From: Paraspadella gotoi
Lineage: Eukaryota > Animalia > Chaetognatha
Assembly (NCBI GenBank): GCA_051294375.1
Contig: JBJCIZ010001644.1
Span: forward strand, 1 to 5,845
Direction of reading: 5' to 3'
DNA: 5,845 nt
Shown: piece by piece, positions 1-5,845 of the stretch
Layout: each line of letters opens with the position of its first letter
Position numbering within the stretch: position 1 is the first letter of the stretch
The notes under the pieces: model-generated
The model's database searches: none
Told to the model about the DNA's origin: nothing
Seen by the model: only the letters and a program-made list of their open reading frames with translations
Position numbers and translations under genes: made by a program

Positions 1-159
1 TATCAGTTGTAAAGAGAATCTTCTTTGCAGTTATCGAGGTTTAATTGTTAAAAAAAAAACGTGATAGCGAAATTTAAACTGAAAATGAATTGAAATTGAA
101 TTGAAAATGAAAGCGAAAGTCGTTGCGATGCACGGTGCCTCAGACCTCCAGGAAAAAAA

Positions 160-206
160 ATCAAAATCGAGCGAAAAAAGTCGTGTTCATCGATTTCGAT
201 TTTGAT
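160..206. repeat. Perfect 11-bp inverted repeat with 25-nt spacer
   Basis: ATCAAAATCGA (160-170) is the exact reverse complement of TCGATTTTGAT (196-206). Confidence 0.7.
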
Positions 207-308
207 AGGTTAACTGATAAGTAGATCGTCTTACGGGCTTCTGACCAAAAAATATCACTATAATTCCTAACCTTTCTTTTTTTTCACTTTTTTTTTACTC
301 CTCTAAAA

Positions 309-715
309 TAAATTCTTTTTTTATTTGTCCAACTGCCATTTTCTTATACTTTGGTCAATTGCATAAAATGATACGGCGTTTGAAAGCTGATTGTCTCCTC
401 TTGGACATGTGCATAAGGAAAAATGTTATATTTTCATACATATGAAGTAATTTTTTCTTAACATACTTCATGTATTTTATATTTAAAATTTTTTTTAAAA
501 TTTTTTTTTACTTTATATCACTCGTTTCACCAGGTTTATCTCTGCTGGTATTATTTTGGTGGTTTTATTAGATAAAGGAAGGTTTACTTAGTCTGTGTTT
601 GATGCAATTCATTGCGATTTTTTAAATTAAGAGAGAATTTGATTTTTCCAATGAGGTATTCAACCAAAAAAATTCGCCAAAATATATAAGAAATTAACTA
701 TGTTTCAAGAATTTA
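309..715. mobile_element. Degenerate inverted-repeat element with ~90 bp arms, possible decayed MITE
   Basis: Four inverted matches lie on nearly one anti-diagonal (centre ~515): TAAATTCTT 309-317 / AAGAATTTA 707-715 (exact); TTTCTTATA 340-348 / TATAAGAAA 685-693 (exact); TTTGGTCAATT 350-360 / AATTCGCCAAA 671-681 (9/11); 371-402 / 629-659 (about 21 of 32 columns by hand). The interior (403-628) is not symmetric about this centre. No TSD or transposase is seen, so the MITE label is inference. Confidence 0.4.
436..475. repeat. Small hairpin inside the first fold-back element
   Basis: ATGAAGTA (442-449) pairs with TACTTCAT (464-471). The stem extends with a 2-nt bulge to ATAC (436-439) / GTAT (472-475). 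Confidence 0.55.
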
Positions 716-827
716 AAATTTTCTTTGCAGTTACTGGTTTAAACAGGTTTATTATATTTAAAAATTGATAATAGCTTTATTAGTTACTAATCGGTTTTAA
801 CTATTATGGTTAGGGGTAGCCTAACTC

Positions 828-1371
828 AATAGGGTGAGTCAAAAATTTAGAGTGAGTACATGCTAAAACGAATATTTAAATATTTTTAAGAATACTTTTA
901 ATGGACAAAAAATTTATAATATGGCTCTATACCCTAATAATTATTTTTTTAATATTTATTTATAGACATGAAAAGCCCAAAAAATTTTTTAGAATTTTTA
1001 AATAGCTTATAAAAAGTTGTCTACACAAAGAATAATTCTTTTTTAAATATTTTTATGATAAGTGTTTTAAAAATAAGAAAAACCGTAAAAAATTATTATC
1101 ATCATCATCTTTCGATGATTTTTTCAGTTTTTTTATATTTTTACTTAGAAAACAAGAATTTTTAAAAGCTGTGATTATATTTCTTGTTCAACTTTTTATG
1201 CTCTATCAGGATCTATCAAAAAATTATAAAATTTTATAAAAATTTTTTTTTGCTTTATATAGTAATATAATATTTTTAATTAGGTTAGTACCCTCAGAAG
1301 AAAGCATTTTTGACAAATAATATTTGAAAACCGTAATCTATGGTTATGATAGATTATTTTAACGCTGTATA
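828..1371. mobile_element. Long degenerate AT-rich palindrome (fold-back / MITE-like), best supported over ~925-1292
   Basis: Nested inverted matches centre on ~1100-1112: ATCATC-tttc-GATGAT (1104-1119); 1069-1094 / 1118-1142; TAAGT 1059-1063 / ACTTA 1143-1147; exact ATAAAAAGTTG 1009-1019 / CAACTTTTTAT 1189-1199; 972-1000 / ~1228-1256; weaker matches further out. The ends TAGGGTGAGTC (830-840) and CGCTGTATA (1363-1371) loosely resemble TA|CAGGGTG...CACCCTG|TA Tc1/mariner-type termini. Outer boundaries are uncertain. Confidence 0.55.
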
Positions 1372-1603
1372 GTGTATACATTAGCATTTAAATTTTATCG
1401 GTTATGGCTATTATGGTCTGTTGCGATTTTTTGCGGTTTTGAGTTTTAAAAATAAACAAAGAATATAACTAGGTTTTAATGAATTTTCCTATCTGAGCTT
1501 TGATGTATTGGTTTAACCCAGGTTTATCTTAATTAAGATTATATTCTGGTTGAACAGTGAGCATTTGGTTACATGAATTCAGGTTAATGGGGAATTTTTT
1601 TTT

Positions 1604-1868
1604 GAAAATCAGCAGAATGTGTATGAGATATAGGCAGGAGAGGAAAAGAAGCGAATGGCGTTAACCTGGAAGGCTTTTTAGGAAAATAGGCCCAGGGTGT
1701 ATGTGAGAGATACGGAACAGGGAGAAGAAGGAGCAGGTGCGTTAACCAGATCGCTAGCGTCATGTTTTCTAGAAAATCAGGACAGTGTAGTATTGAGATA
1801 TCGTGACAAGAGAGCAAGAGGAGCAGGGCGTTAAACCTGGAAGGTCTATTTTAGAAAATCAGGCAGTG
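1604..1868. repeat. Degenerate tandem repeat (minisatellite): three full units of 78, 90 and 82 bp plus a partial fourth
   Basis: Units start at 1604, 1682, 1772 and 1854 with GAAAAT(C)AG. Conserved blocks in order are GTAT..GAGATA, (G/A)AGC, GCGTTAA(A)CC and TTT(T/C)TAG. GGCGTTAACCTGGAAGG (1657-1673) matches GGCGTTAAACCTGGAAGG (1827-1844). TAGAAAATCAGG occurs at both 1770-1781 and 1852-1863. Confidence 0.85.
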
Positions 1869-2182
1869 ATCGATCGGTGGCGGAGGAAGTGCCAGGTGGT
1901 GACAGAGGGTTCGGGTTAAAATGTTGTGAGTCTGGTAATTGTTGTATGTAGCGGCTGCAGCGGCATCGTAGAGGCGGCGGGAGAGAGACGGGCGGTTGGC
2001 AGCCTTTCATTTTTGGATCAGTGGATTCGAGGAGTAATCTGCAGAATTTTTTGAGGTGAGTTTCCGACGGCATAGGGTGAGTGCGGATCAACCTCGGGTT
2101 ACATGGAAGTAATCTTGTTCAGGGGGAAACTAATATGAAAAGAGGGGGGTGGGGAGAATCAAAGTTGTTGGTCAGGAACTGC

Positions 2183-2202
2183 GGGAGGGGGGGGCATGAG
2201 GG
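2183..2202 (+). other. Potential G-quadruplex motif
   Basis: GGGAGGGGGGGGCATGAGGG fits the four-run G3+N1-7 pattern if the G8 run is split. Further G-runs lie at 2122-2126, 2144-2149, 2151-2154 and 2216-2218. Confidence 0.45.
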
Positions 2203-2979
2203 ATGAGAGAGAGAAGGGTTCGAGATGTGCGATTCTGGAAAAGTTTTGATCCGACGATGGTTACCCGAGTACATGGTTCATGATACTGTGTTTAGGGGCG
2301 CGGCCTGTCTCGTGAAAGTGTAATGGCCAGGTGTGAAAAGGAAGATAATAAAAGAGCGAAAGTCTGGTTGAGATATTATGAAATGGATAGAAGATCACAA
2401 GGTTTGCCGTTAAAGAGTCGTCGACTTTGGCTCGAGGCTAAAAAGTTTTGAGTTTTTACTTTCACTACTGTTTACTACTCAATTACGACCTCGACAAGCA
2501 AGGTATTTTACGACCTTACGATAAGGCTCGCCCAAGAGATTCTTTAACTTGATGGAAAATGGCATGATACAGTGGTAAAAATTTGTAAAATTATATGTAA
2601 AGAGTTTTCGTATGTAAATGGTAAATAGGCTAATTGAGAGAAAAAAGGAAAATTTTTTTAATAGAATAAAATTTTTCACAAAATTTTAATTGGAAACACA
2701 ACAACTACGAATAGGTAACGCTTCGGGATCAATATCAAAGTAAACTTTAAAACATGGTTTACCCCATAATATTTGCAGGTATACAAACAATTGTTTCCTT
2801 TTCGTTTTTTCGCAAATTGAAGCCGCTGTTCGGGTTTTGTTTTCTATAGGACGACACCCCAAGAGGTGGCGAGTTTGGAGTTTTCCGCGTTCATTTTCCC
2901 AAAAATGCCTGCTCGGGCTGGTGTGGGAAGGGTTGAAAATAAGGAGGGCAGAGCTCGCTTAAGTGGGCGCCGGATCCTT

Positions 2980-2998
2980 GTCGTATCGTCGTCGTCGT
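2980..2998. repeat. Short imperfect (GTC/TCG)n microsatellite
   Basis: GTCGTATCGTCGTCGTCGT read directly from the sequence. Confidence 0.6.
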
Positions 2999-3021
2999 GA
3001 TGCGTGTCCACTAGCGAATAA

Positions 3022-3029
3022 TATAAAAG
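3022..3029 (+). promoter_or_regulatory. TATA-box consensus match (function unproven)
   Basis: TATAAAAG matches TATAWAWR and follows a GC-rich stretch. An Inr-like CCACTTC lies at 3043-3049, but the spacing is shorter than canonical and no downstream gene was identified. Confidence 0.15.
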
Positions 3030-3727
3030 GTAGATAAGAAACCCACTTCTCTGAAGGTGAGACCCAGGGCAAAGTGAGACTAACCCCTAATCAACGGTTC
3101 GGGGTGGTTTGGGTACAGCTGCGAAACTGTAGAAAAATAAGACCTCGTGCCATCTGCCTGTTGGCGTAAATAGAAACTGTTTGCCTTGTAGAGACTGTGT
3201 AAAAGTGAGATTGTGTCACTACGTATAGCATTTTATATGTCATGTAAAACAGTAAAAAAAAGAAATAATAGAAATGCATATAATTGTCAGTCTATGGAAT
3301 CTAATTGCTACTCTTCATCTCATTACGCAGCTGCCCGCTAAATGACTAAAGTCAAGCAGATCTACGAGAGCAGCTACGTGGAGAAATAGATTATCGATTG
3401 CTCATGATCACAATCGTTAACGACTTGCTTTCATTCAAATGTCGATGCCTACAAAGTATAACTATCTTCACAGCTCTTCTCACTCTGTTAGTCGCACTCC
3501 CTAAGTTTACTCCACGTGCGTCACTACCTATCTCATTTCCTACTCAGCTCCTATCCTTAACGCTCGTCTCCTCCCTTATATCAAACTTCCCCAACCCCGG
3601 CAAGCGCTACTTTTCACCTCGCCTCTTTCTATGCCCCTCGGCCCGCTCATTCCCCCTCACAATTTCTCCACTCCGTGCCCAGTGTCTTTTTCGGTTTCGC
3701 TTTTGTCCCCAAAATTTTCCCAAAAAA

Positions 3728-3756
3728 CGTCGTCGTTGTCGTTGTCCGTCGTCGTC
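3728..3756. repeat. Imperfect (GTC/GTT)n microsatellite
   Basis: CGTCGTCGTTGTCGTTGTCCGTCGTCGTC read directly from the sequence. Confidence 0.7.
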
Positions 3757-3821
3757 ATCTGCCTATACATTGAAAAGGTTGCGCTATTGTCATTCCGTTG
3801 GCGAGCCCCTGCGAAAAATGA

Positions 3822-4101
3822 GAGAGCTGAGGCCAGAGAGAGAGAAGAGAGAGGAGAGAGAGAAGGAGAGAGGAGAGAGAGAGAGAGAGAGAAGAGAGAG
3901 AGATGTCACAGCGCCCGCCTCTCCCCGTTTTTTGTCCGCCCCTACGAGAAGTCGTGGACAAAAAAAAAAAAGTCGAGAATCGAAGTTGTGTCCCGCCAAA
4001 GAGATAAAAAAAAAATTTATCTCCTGACACTTTCCACTCTTATTCCTCTCTCTCTCTTCTTCATGCCCTTCCTTTCTTCTCCTCTCTCTTCTGCAGCTCT
4101 C
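3822..4101. repeat. Inverted repeat with GA-rich and CT-rich arms enclosing two hairpins
   Basis: Colinear reverse-complement blocks: GAGAGCTG 3822-3829 / CAGCTCTC 4094-4101; 15-mer 3843-3857 / 4078-4092; 13-mer 3891-3903 / 4047-4059; TGTCA 3904-3908 / TGACA 4025-4029. Internal stems are TTTTTTGTCC 3928-3937 / GGACAAAAAA 3956-3965 and GAGATAAA 4001-4008 / TTTATCTC 4016-4023. Confidence 0.6.
3835..3903. repeat. Imperfect (GA)n microsatellite / 69-nt uninterrupted homopurine tract
   Basis: Only A and G occur from 3835 to 3903, mostly as GA dinucleotides. Confidence 0.95.
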
Positions 4102-4435
4102 CCGCCCGTCGGCCGTCCCCCGTTGGAAAAAGTTGAACTTTTGTCGTATTACGAAAATTTTTTCTCAATGTCGAAACCCCGCTGCGTCTCTTCTGCTCAT
4201 CTCTCTCTCGTCTCTCTCTTCGATGCTCTTTCTCGGTCTCCGCTCGCCTGGAAGGACGGTTTCGCCTGACAACGATTTTCCTGGCCCTCCTACGTTCCTC
4301 ACGCTGCGAACCTACTGAGCCGTCGCTCAGCACTTTCCTCATCATCGCGTGTCTTTCTGTGCATCCGCATCCTCCTCCTCACTCCTCCTCAAAAATAAGT
4401 CCCAAAAACTTCGCAGTTTTATATGTACAGTTAGC

Positions 4436-4460
4436 AAAAAAAAAAAGAAAAAGAAAAGAA
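4436..4460. repeat. Poly(A)/AAAAG low-complexity tract
   Basis: An A11 run followed by GAAAAAGAAAAGAA. Confidence 0.8.
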
Positions 4461-4545
4461 GGGGAAACATTAAGAGATCGGCCACGTGATCGAACGATTA
4501 AATTAGGTATAATTCCGAATATCTATCTTCGTGAGAGGGAAGGGA

Positions 4546-4619
4546 TTCGTTTTGGAGATGAGACGCACTGGCCTGATGTGACCTCATTTGAATCCATAGG
4601 ACGGGACCTCCGATACGAA
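4546..4619. repeat. Short degenerate palindrome, possible transposon remnant
   Basis: TTCGTTTTGGAGAT (4546-4559) matches the reverse complement of ACCTCCGATACGAA (4606-4619) at 11 of 14 positions. A near-palindromic centre ATGTGACCTCAT lies at 4576-4587. Confidence 0.4.
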
Positions 4620-5218
4620 AATTGCATTTTCAACCGGTTCTCCCCCCCCGTTCAGTGACAATTCTTTTTTCTCAAAAAACAAAAACCTTAATTTCGGTTA
4701 ACAAACGCGTTTAGGGATTTTATCGATAGAAAAACGGAGAGTCCTTTGTTTTCCCCTCTAGAAGAATAGATGCAGGTCTTTCTGTATTCCTGACATGGCC
4801 AGTGGACACAAAATAAAAAAACAAAAAAAAACCAACGGCTATTACATAAAGATTTTTTTTGTAAAGTTGGGATCGTTTTTCCCCTCCTCCTATCACGCAA
4901 TTGAACTGAATCATACTTACCACTTCTTTGGCGTGTTCGATTTAACCATCGAGCTAATGTATAACATTTTATGACTAAATTTAATTTCAGTTATTGGTCA
5001 TTGAATAACAAACTCAATACTAGGAGTTACTAAGCGGTATCTTCGTTTTCTATTCATCTGCGCGCCGTTTATTTTTTCCGCCTTTTTCCAGTTTCGAGAA
5101 ACTTCGGTTTGTTAATGTTATTTGCATATTCGCGTTGCCCCCCTCTCACTTCCTGCTCTAGAGGCTTGTATTTTTACTCCCGCGTCTTCTTAAGAGAAAA
5201 AAACATTTAATAGGTACA

Positions 5219-5258
5219 TCTCTTTTTCCTCTCATTCTTTTTTTTTCCTTTTTTTTTT
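5219..5258. repeat. Polypyrimidine / poly(T) tract
   Basis: Nearly pure T/C, with T9 and T10 runs. Confidence 0.75.
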
Positions 5259-5717
5259 GGTCAACGATGTACATATTAATTCTTTGGGCGAGGCGAGGTC
5301 TCCGAAAAGCCGCGCTTCTAATACTTAGTTTCAAATCGGGGACGTTTGAACTTTCTCTTCTTTTCTCGACCGGGTAGGTATTTATTCGTCATTAAACTTT
5401 GAAAAACGAAACTTCGTTTTCGAAGCCCCCACAAAAAAAAAAAAATCAGTTTTCTGAGTCCGTCACTCTCTCTTTCCAATTATTAAATGATAGTTACTCG
5501 ATTAAATCTTGAAACGCTTAAGCGCCGCGGTTTATGCCCGAGCCCATCCCCTTCCCACAATTTCGCCGACCGCGTATCCAGTTCAATCTCTAATTCTATC
5601 CTCTTCTCTATTTCTATAAAGCGACTAAATCTTTTTTGTTTCCTTTTTACTCAAACTCGCGTTAAACTCACGAGCACAAAAATTATTCTCTTTTGCTGAA
5701 CGTTTTTTTTTTTACAC

Positions 5718-5729
5718 TATATATATATA
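5718..5729. repeat. (TA)6 microsatellite
   Basis: TATATATATATA read directly from the sequence. Confidence 0.8.
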
Positions 5730-5845
5730 CCTATATTCTCAAATTTACTATTTATTTTTCTCGAATTGGGTTGAACTAACTTTTTAATGCGAGGGTTAGT
5801 CTTTTCACTTCGCCCCGGAAACTTCTCCCCTTTCCTTCCTGAGCA

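Noticed and set aside
21-733. Exact 13-mer TTCTTTGCAGTTA at 21-33 and 721-733, suggesting a ~700 bp tandem duplication
   Set aside because: Other direct matches in the AT-rich block have inconsistent offsets (about 607 to 810), so no single period is supported.
1604-1868. Possible CRISPR array
   Set aside because: The units align along their whole length with indels. There are no identical repeats with unique spacers, no cas genes, and the context appears eukaryotic.
2830-2936. Possible terminal exon after the acceptor-like TTTGTTTCTATAG (reads DDTPRGGEFGVFRVHFPKNACSGWCGKG*)
   Set aside because: No recognisable homology and no coherent upstream exon chain. Acceptor-like strings are common throughout this window.
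2951-3003. Vector polylinker or enterokinase-tag contamination (SacI-AflII-KasI-BamHI; minus strand GACGACGACGATACGACAAG)
   Set aside because: The site order matches no vector I recognise, the DDDDK coding is interrupted, and there is no other vector sequence. VecScreen would settle it.
1584-3279. Short minus-strand ORFs (1584-1817, 1846-2091, 2479-2679, 3091-3279)
   Set aside because: They are short and compositionally biased with no recognisable motif. The tandem-repeat units under 1584-1817 differ by frame-breaking indels, so the repeat is not preserved in the protein.
3928-3971. Rho-independent terminator-like hairpin
   Set aside because: The T-run precedes and the A-run follows the stem, so neither strand has a 3' U-tract after the hairpin. 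The context is also not bacterial.
3398-4345. Overlapping long ORFs (3398-4027 +, 3631-4269 +, 3755-4030 -, 3790-3999 -, 4061-4345 -, 4133-4318 +)
   Set aside because: Several frames on both strands are open because GA/CT and GTC repeats lack stop codons. The translations are ERER/LSLS/poly-K low complexity with no recognisable domain.
5307-5329. Helitron-like 3' end (AAGC-CGC-GCTT hairpin followed by CTAATACTTAGT)
   Set aside because: The stem is only 4 bp and there is no CTRR at the expected distance of about 10-12 nt.
5403-5523. Small palindromes AAAACGAA-ac-TTCGTTTT (5403-5420) and CGCTTAAGCG (5514-5523)
   Set aside because: They are short and isolated, not part of a larger symmetric structure, and plausible by chance.
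4359-5699. Short ORFs 4359-4658, 4688-4900, 4720-4923 and 5487-5699
   Set aside because: They run through A/T homopolymers or low-complexity tracts and show no recognisable protein features. Small spliced exons cannot be excluded without RNA-seq or BLASTX.

Overview
This 5.8 kb window looks like non-coding eukaryotic DNA. An invertebrate-like origin is an inference from the long A/T homopolymers, GA/CT and GTC microsatellites and abundant CpG; the taxon cannot be determined. I found no credible protein-coding gene, rRNA, tRNA or CRISPR array, and the long ORFs at 3398-4345 are best explained as low-complexity artefacts. The structure I can support is: (i) a very AT-rich block (1 to ~1600) with two adjacent degenerate fold-back elements (~309-715 and ~828-1371) resembling decayed non-autonomous DNA transposons; (ii) a three-and-a-fraction-copy ~80 bp indel-rich tandem repeat (1604-1868) that opens a purine/G-skewed block; (iii) a ~280 bp inverted repeat (3822-4101) with GA and CT arms enclosing two small hairpins; and (iv) a short degenerate palindrome at 4546-4619. 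I see no evidence of a complete new biological system. All alignments were done by eye.
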